In this document: one piece after another, positions 22,872 to 36,508 of the stretch
Position numbering within the stretch: the stretch's first letter is position 1
How the letters are laid out: each line of letters starts with the position of its first letter
NCBI GenBank assembly: GCA_021613535.1
Contig: CP075497.1
Span: 620,001 to 684,000 of the forward strand
Origin: Adineta vaga
Taxonomy: Eukaryota > Animalia > Rotifera
Direction of reading: 5' to 3'
Length of the DNA: 64,000 bases
Program-made: the position numbers and the translations under genes
The notes under the pieces: model-generated
What the model was told of the DNA's origin: nothing
The model's database searches: none
The model's input: only the letters and a program-made list of their open reading frames with translations

Positions 22872-23929
22872 CAGGCTTGCCAAATGAAAATTTTAGAAAT
22901 CAGGGATTTTTGAAAAAAAAACAGGAGCTTATCAGGAGAAAAACCAGGAGATTTTCTTTAGATGTACAAGTTACGCTCATCTAAAAACTTGCTCAAGTGT
23001 TTCTGGTAGAATCTATGTTCTTTACTGTTACTGAACTTTTTATTCACCCAGTTTGCAAAAAATTGACCTTATATTCGAGCTCCACGACTTCAACTATTCG
23101 TCGGTGAATCCTTACCAAAAATGATTATTTTTTCATAGAAGCAAAGATGTTTTTTCATCCAAAACAATAGGACCTATTATTTTCAAACTATTTTCAAATC
23201 CAGATTTCCTATCTTCTATTACCCTTTAGTCAAGTTTTAGGTTAAATGGTCTCTTTTGTTTTTATTTATCTTCTCATTAATCAGTAAAATGCGGCCACTA
23301 AACATGTAAACAATTTATTCTAGCAAAAATCCTTTTCTATCAGAATCAGAATAATATTTAACTTTTGCCTTAGTATTTGCCTATACCTCTATACAGACGT
23401 GTCACTCTTCCATGACAAAGTAACTATAAAAGAATTCCATGTAACTAAAGAAAACTGAAAGAAATGCTCATTTCACAAAATTTATTTCTATAATTATTAG
23501 TAAATGAATATTAACTTCTCGATTAATATAGAACAAAACATAAAGCAGAAATTATGCAATTAAGTAATTACTATTAAATTGGTGGCTTTTTTCAATGAGA
23601 CTATATTTCTCTGAGTATATTCGATTTAGTGAACACATAAACATAAAACTGTAGATGTCAAATGGGTGTTCATATAGCTTGGAATTCTACTTCAGGTAAA
23701 ACATGTGTCATCTGGTTTCTGATTGTTGTCAAAAAAAACATCATGTATCTAAAAACTGATTTAGAAAAAGCATTCGACACAGAAATAGTTAATAAAATCT
23801 ATTGAATTCTGCTTATTTTCTCGTTTTCTCCACCAAATTTGTATAAACGAGAATGTGTCTGTCAATCTCGACAAAGGAAAAACAGAAATCAGGAGAAAAT
23901 GATGAAAATCAGGAGGTTTGGCAGCCCTA
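22872..23929. mobile_element. Non-autonomous hAT-type element, copy 1 (about 1.06 kb)
   Basis: Ends CAGGCTTGCCAAA / TTTGGCAGCCCTA, a near-perfect 8-bp TSD (GTTAGAAA / GTTGGAAA) and subterminal ATCAGGAG repeats. A colinear second copy lies at 58470-60522. Confidence 0.85.
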
Positions 23930-24504
23930 GTTGGAAATATGATCTTGTACTTTTTTAATCTGAGTGAGAATGCTCAGTGCTAATAACTGATATAGTAAAA
24001 TAACTGAATGAATATTTGAATTTAACTTTTGAGTTTGATATTATTGAATAATACAGGAGTGAAGTGGATGATAAAGATTTATAGAAAAAAATAAAACAAA
24101 ATCCATCACATTTCATCAATGATGATTTCCATATATTTAATGTTAATTTTATCTTACGAATTCTTTTTTTTACTAATAGAACATTTCTGTTCTATAACGA
24201 CAAACTGCGTATAAACTCAATTGAATCGTTTTTTCTTTATGATTGTTTAATTTCCGTCACATAAATAATCATTTATAATTGTTTACCATATTGGTCTTAG
24301 AAGAAGAAAAACTAGTTTATTTCAATAATTACAAGCCTTATCAAGCATATTCTAATATTTTCTCAGTATAAAACTCGCTTTATCATTGCAATTTCATATT
24401 ATTTTTCTTAAAAATAATAACGTATGAATCGATGTTTTTCTAAAGTTTTTTAGTTTCAATCAATATCTGTGAATTTCTTCATAATACAACAATCTATTAT
24501 TACA

Positions 24505-25924
24505 ATGAGACGTGTTCTAAAAATTACTTTGATCGTAGCATTAATCGGTATCGTAGTAGCAGCAATCGCTACTGGATTAATACTTCATTTCAAGCAAAAA
24601 TCTGATTCAGCCGCCATCTCATCAAGTAATGATCCTTTATTTCGATATATATTTATCTTAACATTTTTCTCTTGATGTCTGTTAGATCAAACAACAACAA
24701 CAGTAATACAACAAAGTACATCAACAACTACATCATAAATTTATTGACATCGATTATTATTGTAGATATTTCAACAAGTCGAATGACTACAACGATTTAT
24801 CGTTCAAGCAGTGTTATTGTTACCAATGCTGCAACAACAACCAATAGTATAATCACTACTCGAGCTAGCACAAGTACAACTCGTAGTGCGACAAACAATC
24901 TAACAGGTTTGATATTCAACATATTTTAGGTATGAATATTTTTGAGAATAAATAATAGAAATTCTAAATCTACTTATTATTGATTGAAGACAACGAAATC
25001 GATTCATATCAAGAGAGTTTAAGTGATATTTTTTTTAAATAATACTTTCTTTCTTTATGATAGTTACTCGAGTATCGTCAGCTATAACCTATGATAGTCA
25101 AGCTTTCTGTCCAAGTGAAGATTGTTCGATCTCACCGTATTATTTCGAAGCATTTCAACTGAATGTGACTACAACTGGCTTTTATATCATTAAATGCAAT
25201 GGTAGTACCGATATGTATGGTCTTCTATATGCTGGTGTTTTTAATCCTTTTACTCCATCGATAACTTTAATTCAAAATGGTTATGATGTATATGATGACA
25301 GTTATCAAGGTGTGCTTAATATGACTCTTCAAGCATCAATACAATATATCGTTGTAGTAACCACATACGACAGTTATACGGACGGATCTTATGTACTTAC
25401 TTTGACTGGGCCGGCATCGGTCCGGCTTTCTAAAATTGTTGGAGCAGGTGAGAAAAGCTAAAAGTTTTTTTTGTCTATTCAAAAGAATTAATCTTATATA
25501 ATCGTAGAATAATTTTGTTTTATTATTAAAAGGTTTACAATCACAACAATCAATATATTCATCTTCTCTGACTAGAAATAATCCATCATTTTGTCAATTT
25601 TCGAGTTGTGACGCCGGTGAATTTGCTTACTTTGCAGCATTTAATGTCAATGTGAGTATGGATACAACATATCTTATTTCATCCAGTAGTAATTTTGATA
25701 CCCTTGGATATTTTTACCAAAATTATTTTAATGCCTCTAATCCATCTCAAAATATTATTGGTGCAGATGATGAAAGCGCTGGTTATAGTCAGTTCGCTCT
25801 GAGTTTGTATCTTAGAGTTGTATCACGATATATATTAGTTTTTACAACGTATAGTTTTAATCGAACAGGCTCATTTTCATTATTGGCAGATAAACCAGGC
25901 CTGATTAGTTTAACTCCAAGATAA
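24505..25924 (+). CDS. Type II membrane protein: N-terminal TM, Thr/Ser-rich stalk, two related beta-rich (PPC-like) extracellular domains; multi-exon
   Basis: TM ITLIVALIGIVVAAIATGLIL and Thr-rich exons, then two homologous domains (..GFYIIKCNGSTDMYGLLY..FNP..YIVVVTTY and ..TYLISSSSNFDTLGYFY..FNA..YILVFTTY). Confidence 0.7.
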
Positions 25925-26160
25925 CCATAATCATATTTATTTTGGAAATATGAATTCATTCAAATAAGTGAACACTTATTCTATATCTTTTACTCAATAA
26001 TTTTAAAATATTTATCAAAATTTTGCTTTCAATATGCTTTGCTTTATATTTTCTTTAATTGCTTTTCTGCATGGATTGTTTCGAATAAATCTATTTAAAA
26101 TAAAATTCGTAAGAGTACGAGTGAGAAAATAATAATTACTCTCATCTTCAACATATTATT

Positions 26161-26234
26161 AGGGTGTGGGTGTGGGTGTGGGTGTGGATGTGGGTCAAAC
26201 TATCTCTTCTTCACTCATACTCACAGGCACACTC
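26161..26234. repeat. Telomere-like hairpin element
   Basis: AGGG(TGTGGG)3TGTGGATGTGGGT, spacer TATCTCTTCTTC, then CACACCCACACTTCAAG. Confidence 0.75.
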
Positions 26235-26427
26235 TCACACACCCACACTTCAAGAATTTTACTTTTCAAGATAGAGTCAAATTTCTTATTATCGCGAAAT
26301 ATCATCGCAAGACATTTGATTTCTATGTAACAATATAAAAAGCAAACGATTAAATGTCAGTTCTTTGCAATTTGTATAATATATGATTTAACATGATTGA
26401 TAGTATGCATTCATCATGTCTTTCAAT

Positions 26428-29400
26428 TCAATTCTGGGCTATCCATGGTTGAACTGCTGTACGCCGCGTTTGTATATAGCTTTTGATTGCTCGGTAAAGT
26501 AACATGACATTCCAGACAAGAAATTTTAAACCAACAGTGAGTCCACCATATACAGAAAGTAATGATGTAACCACATATAATCCATCATTTTGCTGGACGT
26601 ACTCGTATCGACATACACTTGGCCTACAGGTAGCATAATAATTCTCATATATACTTGCACTAGTCCACTGCTCAATGAAAATTTCGTCAATTAACGTACC
26701 AATTGCGGTATTCGGAGTAAAGCGTGAAGATATCGTCTTATTCAGTGGATTAATAACTAAAGAAGGTATACTGGGTAAGGTGAAATTTACAGGTGGTGAT
26801 CCGTCCATTTGTGTAAAGTAATCGAGATAATTAATAATTGTGTTAACGCAGCTTTGTGAAAAAAAACATTCCAATGTTGACATGCGTAAACCATGGATAG
26901 GCCAACAACCGACGACAAGACCAGGTAAAACAAGTTCGGATGGACCAATTCGCATGGAATCATTACAAGCATTCGAAACAACACAATTGCAAGTACTGTT
27001 GATAAATTTTCGTGGCAAGCTGCGTAATAAGTAATCGTTAGAGAGATTTCCATATTCCAATGACCAATCAGTATTAAAAAACGATGGAATTACAGCTCCT
27101 GCTGATACCTCAATGATTAAAGTGAATAAGCGTCGAAAATTAATTGGTGTTTGTTCGGTAAGTTGTCTGATAATTTCGGCTGTTTGTGATACGAACGAAG
27201 CTCGAGATATTGCCATAGAAGTCACTAGCATTGTTTGATTAAAGTTTGATATAGCATGATCTACAATTATTTGAATTTCTGAACAAAGCCAACCCATCAA
27301 TTGATGTTGTCTGCTAAGAACAGGTCGGTCAAGTTGTGCATAACTGTTGACTGTACTACCATAACCGTAGAGTGATGTAGTCCATAAAGTTTTGACAAAA
27401 TCACTAGTGCATATCTAAATGATAAATAGTATATATGTAAAGGGGATCAGTTTGAAGAAGTTTTTGTGAATTTTAACAAACATTTCATATAGTATGTAGA
27501 AAAATGACTCACCTGATGAAACGAAGGCGAAACCAAAAGAAAGGTACCATACGGTATTGCAATTTGTTGACATAAACACGAAATAGTCGTTGCATACGCA
27601 TTATGCAGTTGTTCGAAAGTAGCAACCGAAGGCGATTCTATTGTAACAGACACGTTCGTTTCTCTTAAGCTATTAAAGAGAAGAAGTATGAGCACGCTAC
27701 CAATGAGTAAAATGAGATAGAATCGAGTTGCTATGATGGCCACTTCATTAACATTCTCTATTTGACTAATAGAACTTTCTTTCTTAAATAGATTCATCGT
27801 AACTAGCTTCTGTTTGATATTGAACGGTATATGTTCTGTTGGATGTTGTTGATCTAAAAGATGAAAATAAATAAAAAATGATGTTTTTTACATTAATTTA
27901 TGTAGAAGAGAAATGACTAATTAAACGATTTTGACAACCTTTTCTTATATCAACTAAAAATACGTTCCAATTGATTTTATATATAGAAAAACTTTATACT
28001 ATATTGTAGATATTACATTACCTGATTGTTCTTCAATATTATCAACATGACGTTTACGACAATAAACGAATAGCCAGTGTATGAATCGTGCACCCATAGG
28101 AATGATGAGACGAAAGATAACCAAAAGACCACCGATGAGACCGGCAATGGTTGCGACTACATAGAATATATCTAGTCGTTGAGAGTAAGTATATGTACAA
28201 ACAGCTGGTGCACAGATTTTGTAGTAATCTTCAAAGTTACCCTCTATATCCCATGTATCTACCATAAGTTGATTTAATATTGTACCAAAGGAGTCATTTG
28301 CCGAGAACCGCGAAGGAACCGAATTGTTAAGTACCGGAACAGCCAGTGTAGCAACTGGTAATGGAAGTCGTGTTGGCAGGTCAACATTGTACAGAGAGCG
28401 AATCATGTCAAGACATGTTTGATCGAAAAAGCAGCGTAATTCAGTATTGAGCATACCACCTAATCTGAGACATGAGCTGCGTATACCAGGCGTTGCCCAA
28501 ACGCTAGTACCCGCCGGACAATTATTTCCTTTTACGCAAAAAAAGAAACCTGCGGGTCCTGGACAATCAAGTGACACACTGCAAGCGCATGTACTCAAAT
28601 TGGCGGGTGCCGGAGAATAGCGACGAATCGATGGTGTACTATTTATCATTAGTGGCTGATAGGCCATTCCACTCTCTACTCCAGATCCTGCAAGAAAAAT
28701 ACGCATCAATGCCAATAACATTGCAAAAATCTGTGTTGTACGAGTCTTGAACGTGGAGATCAGTGGCTCTAAGCGTGCTTTGAATTCTAATCCTACAAGA
28801 AATAATAAAGAATACAATATTCACTCTCACATCACACCCTCAAGTTCAGCTCCAACTTGTACGAATTTAATAAATATGAGTGTTAACAGAAACTTCCTCT
28901 CAAACCTTCATCCACACCTTCAAGATGGTATTTAAGAAAACATTCTTTCTAAAATTTACATACGTGAAAGTGCTTGAGCGGTAACAAATTCATCTTTCAT
29001 AAACACAGCTGTAGCTTTTGCGACCGTATCATTTGAAAGTTGACAAATAGTAAGATAATTACCGAACGAGTAAATACCATTCATTCGCATATCAGTAAGT
29101 GGTAAAGAGTATGTTTCTGAACTGTTCGCAAATCTTATCGTGAAATAACCATCGAACCAAACTGGTTCCAAGAACATGCTAGTGCAAATCTACCAATTAT
29201 AAAATTAAGATAGTTAAAGCAATATATATTGAGGGTGGGTGTGGGTATCCCTTTTACATTCAGATCTTCACCCACACGCTCAGATATTTAGTTTGTTCTT
29301 AATACTATACTTCGTACCTGATGATAGCGGGGAGACGATATTGTAATCATCTCAGCATTAGGTGTAGATACTTGTGAACATGGACAGGAGAGTGTTACTG

Positions 29401-31693
29401 AATAATCATTATGTAGACGTTCAAAAGTGTTAGACGATGGTGCCAAGACTGTTACCGTGCGAGTATGAACTGTAAGCGATGAGTAAAATGCTAGAATGAT
29501 GACGCTCATTATAACTAGAACCACGTGAACACGCGTCGCACGAATTCCAGTTCGTTGATCACTTAAGTCATGCTAAAATATACAAGTTTTATCATTTTGT
29601 TGAATGGAAGAAAATGTGATGCTTTAAAATGATAAAGGTATAACATCAGAGGTTATTTGAGATTTACATCCATACTCTAGGTAAACTTACTTCGAATAGA
29701 TTCAATGAGACAACATTTTGTTTGATAAGAGTTAATATTCGAATAATTCGAGTGTACCATGTTTCTAGATTAAAAAACAATTGTAGAAAAATCACGTTTA
29801 AATAGAATTGGAGTGTAGGGTCGGCGTAGAAAAGAGATAAATATTCGTACTCACACCCTCATCCAATACGAGAGTATCTATACCTGATTGCGTTTGTTGA
29901 GGTTGAGGTTGACGTTGAAGGTCATTTTTTTTCGTGAGATACGCATATATATTATGACCAAATTTAACGATGAATGGTGCTAAAATTCGCAGAACTACTG
30001 TGAGACCGCCATACAAACCGATCAACAAAGTAATTACATAGATAAAATCATTCCGCTGTGTGAATGTATAAGTACATTGAAGCGGCTCACAAGCATTGTA
30101 ATACTTTGAGAAATTTTTCACAGTAATCCATTGTTCAACCATTAAGTTCTCAAATATAAGAGAAATTTTACTGTTGCGTAAAAAACGTGATGATAATGAG
30201 CTATTCAGAGGTTTAGGCCAATCATTGATTGGTAGATTCGAAATCAATTGAGTTGTGATATTAAGACAGATAGGATCAAAAAAGCATTCGAGCGTACTTT
30301 CTTTGATAGAATGGAAGGGTTCGCATCCGACATGCATTCCATTAACATGAAAAATAGCCGGCGGTTGTGGAGTCATCATTCCTATAAGTGATCGTTGGTC
30401 TGCTCCCCAAGCATAGATACCTGCTTGATACGTTACAACACTGAATGCATCGCAAAAGGCAAAATTGTCTTGTAAATTCTATGACATAGAAATAAGCAAA
30501 CGGTTCTTAATTCTAGACGAAGAAAAGATTTCATAAAATTTTTCTTATCATTCTGTTGAATGCTAACGTTGTAACTTATCATTCGTCTACACTTGTGCAA
30601 TATAACTTTCATGTTAAAACAATTTCCTTTCTCCTTCTTCTTCTCCTCTTTGCCTTAGATTCATTTTATTGAATCAGTCTTATTCTGTGTAGTTAAATCT
30701 ATCACTCCAACTGGATTTTGATATATACTGCTGTAATATTCTCATAGAATTTATCTAAAAGACTTACATTGGTGAACGTAGCATTGCTGTATCGAGGATA
30801 AAAGTTAGGAACAGTTTGATATTGATTTGAACCAGGTATACTTAATGTAAACCCATTGTTGTGAATAGCTGACTGAATGCCACTATTGATAATGGTGAGC
30901 ATAATCATGTCAGCCGCATTGCTTGGTGTTATTGACATTGAGAGCGTTGCATAAAATTTATCGACAATGGACTTAATTTGGGTATCGAAAGAAACATGTG
31001 ATAATAATTGAACATTCACAACTTTCCCATTGATAAAATCGTTTCGAATCTCGTTTATCATTGACATGGACGAAGTGCAGAATAATGATAGCAGACGAAA
31101 TTGAACTGCAGCCGTAAGACGAAAGTCCAGTGGAGTAATGCGCGAAGTTTCCAAGTCGAACAATGATGCGATCCATTGCGATGATATAAATTCACTTGAA
31201 CATATCTAATACAGAAGAAAAAAAGTTCATTCATTTAAAATCTTGAGGGTGTGGGTGAAGAAGAGATACCTCAAACCACATCCACACCCACACCCACTTC
31301 ACCCTCACACTCTCACCCACGCCCTCAAGATTGTCTGTAGCTACTGATTTGAGAAAAGTGTTTTACTTGATGATAGGTTGCAGTGATTGAGAGAAAGGAT
31401 GAGTAAGATACAGCCACTTGTCGACATGGACATGATAATGTGTCCGGATATTTGGCTTGTAGTTGTTCAAACAAAACCAACGAAGGCTTGGGCACTGTTA
31501 CCGAAATGTTTCTTTGCATCAAAAGTGTTGTAACGATAAGAACGCAAAGAATTGTTAACAAGAGAACGATATATACACGTGTGGATAGTACTTGATTCCG
31601 CAAAACTTCTTTATCCTTCTTCCGTATCGTCTCTGCGTCGGCGAATAAGTTAAGTTGCTTTAACTTTGAAATTATTTGTCCGATGATCGGCAT
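26428..31693 (-). CDS. 1337-aa membrane protein with three tandem TM1 / Cys-rich ectodomain / TM2 units; exons 31693-31367, 31205-30768, 30478-29884, 29764-29691, 29572-29318, 29189-28964, 28792-28022, 27853-27513, 27414-26428
   Basis: All eight introns are GT-AG and phase-compatible, and the exons sum to 4014 nt. Each unit repeats (L/M)NLF..TR-TM1..PS..FE.L...Y..T.SC.C..HQ|IC.S..L.CFF...C..SRF..W..YY..C.P..C.Y..TM2 with GGL. Confidence 0.8.
31242..31329. repeat. Telomere-like hairpin element (intronic)
   Basis: CTTGAGGGTGTGGGT, spacer GAAGAAGAGATACC, then CCACACCCACACCC...CCCTCAAG. The spacer is the reverse complement of the one at 15601-15614. Confidence 0.8.
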
Positions 31694-32689
31694 TGAACTA
31701 TTAAAACAGTCAAAAGACCATCAAATATAGCCAATGCTTCGAACTTACTCGATAATGACAGTAACTTTTTTCTTAAATTGAACCTTCTTTAGTTCTGTAC
31801 TTTCTTTCTGAAAAATCTAAAAATCATTTGATATATCTTGAGAGTGAGAGTGGCTTTGTTCGGACATGGAAGATGCAGATGCGGGGTATGAGTTATCTTT
31901 CTAAAGAGATGACGTATAACCATATGTATATAAGGTATGTCCTTATGAATATTGCGTGACCGGCATCTCCAGAGCTGTCCCCGATCCGCAGGATATGTGA
32001 CACCTCTTCTCAATGAAAGTTAAGTTTACAGTTTACAAATCTTACAGTTTGTTCACTCTCAATATGTGTGTTTCAGTAGTAATGAACAAAGAAAATGCGA
32101 AAGAGAAAAACTATTGTGCCGGTTATGCGCGGAAGTATTCCTGCTAATGAAAATTACTTTATCACAACAAAAGCTTGTTTATAGTCACAAATTGTCATGT
32201 TTTTTTTTATCACATCTCGGTCACAATTTTTTGCGTACTTAGAAGGCGTCTATGAGAAAGAATCTGTCACTGTATCAAACGTTTTAAATGAGTACTTTTG
32301 AAAGGCAGGTTCGATTGTCATGAAAATTTCTGAAGAGTATTATTTAATCAATATCTATGCGGGCTTTGAAGTGTGTATTGGTGTGGGTCTTTTTTGTCCG
32401 CACTCACTCCATCCACATCCTCAAAAAAATCAGAATTATAACCTGTAACGCGATTATATCTATTCGCATAGATATTAATAATAAATTACGAAGAAAAAGA
32501 AAGCACATGGTAAATGTTTTATTGTTATAAACAAATCTTACTGACGTAGTTTACATTTTCTTTTCTTTTTTCATAAGATTTAAAAGAAAAAATAACTAAA
32601 GTTTTTCTTTTGATTAAAAGAAAAGTTTTCTTTTAAAAAACTATGATATACAATGAAGTTACTTGAAATGTTTATTTTAATTGATAATT

Positions 32690-33486
32690 TCAATTTTTTT
32701 CTAAGATTTGTTCCGCTGTTTCTAAATCACAACGAGGACATTCTGGACATAGTTTTCCATTGGTTGTTGTTAAACTATCTTGAGGATTTTCACATGCAAC
32801 TGTTAAACAATTCAACTTTGGACATTGTTCAGGACAATAAGGACATCCAGGACATTTTTTTCCATTGATTATTGTAATACTTGTTTCAGGATTCTCGCAT
32901 GATAATGCTATTAATGGACAAATTGGTGTTGGACATTCTTCAGGACAAAATGGACATCCAGGACATCTTTTTCCATTAATTATTGTAATACTTGTTTCAG
33001 GATTTTTACATGTCAATCCAATTGCTGGACACAGTACTGGTGGACATTCAGTGGGACAATATGGACATCCTAGACATGTGTTATTACCGTTCGCTATAAA
33101 AGTTGGTTTAGGATTTTCGCATATGGGTACCGCACACTTTATAGTTGGACATGTAGAAATACATTTTGGACATGCTTGACATAATCTACTATTATATTTT
33201 ATATATGTTGGTATTTTATATTCACATTCGAATGGTGCACACAAAATATGTGGACATCGAGGAATCTATTGATAGAAAAAATATATATAGAATTCAATTG
33301 AAATAAAAGAGACAATTTACTGTTGTAATGTCTTTAATTGAGAGCTGATCTTCTGATGTGTATGATGCTAAAAAATATTTCAAATCAAATTGATAATAAT
33401 CTTTTTTCTTATACAAAGAATTTACTTGGTGCACCATATACATAGAAGATCAAACATAAAATATAGAAAACGTGTATTATTATCAT
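32690..33486 (-). CDS. Secreted six-cysteine repeat protein (antistasin-like spacing); exons 33486-33426, 33367-33321, 33265-32690
   Basis: Signal peptide MIIIHVFYILCLIFYVYGAP, then five repeats of about 32-34 aa such as CPPVLCPAIGLTCKNPETSITIINGKRCPGCPFC. Confidence 0.75.
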
Positions 33487-34952
33487 TATATTATCGTGTA
33501 AATGTTTTTGATAGAAATGAAATCGATTTGTACAGGCTTTTTTATATAGAAATCAAAGAGTGCAAATCTGATTAGAATAAAATATAAATAGAAAAGGTAA
33601 AACAATGATTACACGTCACATGTCCAAAGATATTATTTCAATGAATAGAAAATTATTATTAAACGATGAATGACGCCAATGGGAAAGTTACGTAGATTGA
33701 TATTGTAAAACGAATAAATAGATTTACGTTATAAAATTAGTCATTAACTGTGACATATGAATATTTATTGGTGTATTTAAAATAATTCTATCAAATGGAT
33801 TATTATGTTTTTTTTATTGTAAATCACAACCTTAAAAAGAATATTTAAGGACAAAAATTCGGACATACTATACCACTCCTCCCAGTATAATGTATAACTA
33901 TACAGATAATCAGATACGAATCAGGATGGACAGATTAAATCAATCATACAATCAGAGATAAAAAAAACTTTGAAAATAAGTTTACTGTAAGGAACCCTTC
34001 AGAAGACGTTCACTATAGGATGTGTTCAATTATATAGAGACTTTGCATTAAATCATCGTTTACATTTCTTTAGTGCATAATGAATGTTACAGAATATGAT
34101 GAGTGCGTACTGTTCCTATAAGAATTTTTTCTAATGAATGTTTCTAATAGAAAAGTCCTTCTTTCACTCATTAAACATGTTTATTAATTCTTTAATAAAA
34201 TTTTGAATAATCATTTGTATATTCACTAATCTATAGTTCCTGAGTGAATTCATCATACAGATTTTGCTTCTTGACAAATTTTCATTTGGATCATAATGTT
34301 TTTTTTTCTATTCTTTTTCCTCTTGATTAGATTAGATATATTAATAATCGAGATCTTCTTTTCGTCAATTACTATACGAAACAAACTTTTATCCTCTTAT
34401 TTCATATATACAAGACCGTCACTAAGTTCATTATATAGACATCGGAGGAGTTGTAACGTGTTTTCATTAAGAAATAAGAGTGGATCAATTGACTTAACCT
34501 AAAATTAAGTCAAGTGATTCACCTCTATACTAAGAAAGGTCTTGCTTTATTTACTTTTCAAAATAATATCAAAATATCCGATATCGTTCATTCTTTTGAA
34601 TATCTTTATCACATGTACATTAAATGCCGATCGTTTAAAATTTAGATCTCACATGGATATCATGAAACATCGATATTGAAATAAATCGACGCAATAACAT
34701 ACACATCAAAATAGACATAAATGAGGGATTTACGTGACTAATAGAATGTAATCTATGATGGATAAAATTCAAATAAATTAATGTCTGAAGTCATAATATA
34801 ACTACGCCATTACCTGGAAATGAAAGATAATTATAGACCTTTTTTATATATTCTTTATTTCAAATAACGATGAAACTAAAATTAAAAGGATCTTTATAGA
34901 TAAAAAGGAAATTAAATGTTCATATTTATATACGTGTAACATAGATAAGAAC

Positions 34953-35977
34953 TTATAATTGTAATGGTAATATTTGATTTGTTCCTGCTCGTTGTTTTCG
35001 ATTGGAACGATGATAAAAAATAACATAAATGAATTGTTGACGAAATCGTTTTGAAACGCAAACATAGATATAAAATGGATACTAAAAATAAACATAAAAT
35101 AATTTATTATAAACATATAAATACTTACTGCAGAATTGAGATAATAAATACAAGCAGTAGCATTGATTGTTATATTAAAAGTAGCGGTACTAATCGGATC
35201 ATTATAAACATTTGTTGTTACAGGTATAACACTTGTAATAAGATAAGGAAAAAGAACAAAGAAACTAAATATTATATGAATTAAAACCATATTTGTTAAT
35301 TGTTTATCTAATTCTCGTCGAACAAGTGGTACTGTTCGATAAGCTATTTGTCGAACATTTTTAAAAGCTAATGTTCCAAATAAAACAGATATTGTAAGTG
35401 GTAAAATACCACGTAAAATAATAATATTCATATAAGTATGATATTGTCCAAAATTTTCATTTGAAAATGTACAACTAGTTACACCTGTTGTTGAAGAAAT
35501 AGTTAAATAATAATAAAATAAATATGGTATACAATAAATACTCCAAAGTATTGTTGATAATGCACATAAACGATAGGCTATTTTGATATTACTCCATTGT
35601 TGCCATTGAATGCGAGAACAAGTGGCAAAAAATTGATCTAATGTTGCAAAACATAAACAAGTTAATGAAATTAAAGTAAATAGTTGAAGACTAAATGGTC
35701 GAAATTTACAATAAAATAATGATGATTGTGTAAAATCCATATTAAATCCTGTAATCATAACACGAGTCAATTGACCTGTTATTAAATGACCAAGATTAGC
35801 AAATGACATTAAAATCAAATAAAATGTACAAGAATTTTCTCGAAATGTTTTTAAACTAAGAAATATTATTATATTAAACATATTTCCAATAATACCAAGA
35901 ATAACCGTAGACATACCCATATATAAAACCATTGATTGTACAATATATGTTGAATAAGAAGTAATTGACGATGACAT
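34953..35977 (-). CDS. Rhodopsin-like 7TM GPCR; exons 35977-35129 and 35081-34953
   Basis: GIIGN in TM1, CKFR, an LDQF at the DRY position, and a spliced TM7/helix 8 SA|YPFYIYVCVSKRFRQQ. Confidence 0.8.
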
Positions 35978-36508
35978 CGTTTAAAATTATTAATTATGAA
36001 TCTATTTTATTCAAAAAAACAAAGTCTCTACCAAGTATTTATTCTATTTATAAATATGAGATCTGATGACAACTCATTAAACACAAATTTTTAAAAGATT
36101 TTATTAATATCATGTCCTTTGTTTAATTGAAAGTTCAAAGTTCTAAATAATCAAATTAAATCTTATTATTCCAAAGACTTTTATTTTTTTTAATTGATAA
36201 CAAGAAAATATTCTTAGATAGATTTATTTTAAAATTTCTCGAATAAATTATTTGATTATACAAAGAAAAGTATCAAATGTATTTTAGTTTTAATTGAAAT
36301 AATACAAATGGTAAATTAATATTGTAGTTTTTGTCAAAAGATATTTTATTACAAGTTTATAAATGTAAATAATAATTACTTTTTTTTTTCTTTACAATAG
36401 TCAACGGATAAAATATTGTTGTTTTAACAAATATTTTTTGATACATGATATTTTAATAAAGAAGAAGAAAAAAAACTCAACGTTCATTTCTCTTCTTTTT
36501 ATTCGACA

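Noticed and set aside
26161-26195. True telomere or chromosome end
   Set aside because: Only about five hexamers, internal, and paired with an inverted arm. It belongs to the dispersed hairpin family.
27512-27535. Hammerhead ribozyme-like CTGATGA...GAAAC
   Set aside because: The intervening bases cannot form stem II, and the sequence is simply the antisense of a coding exon end.
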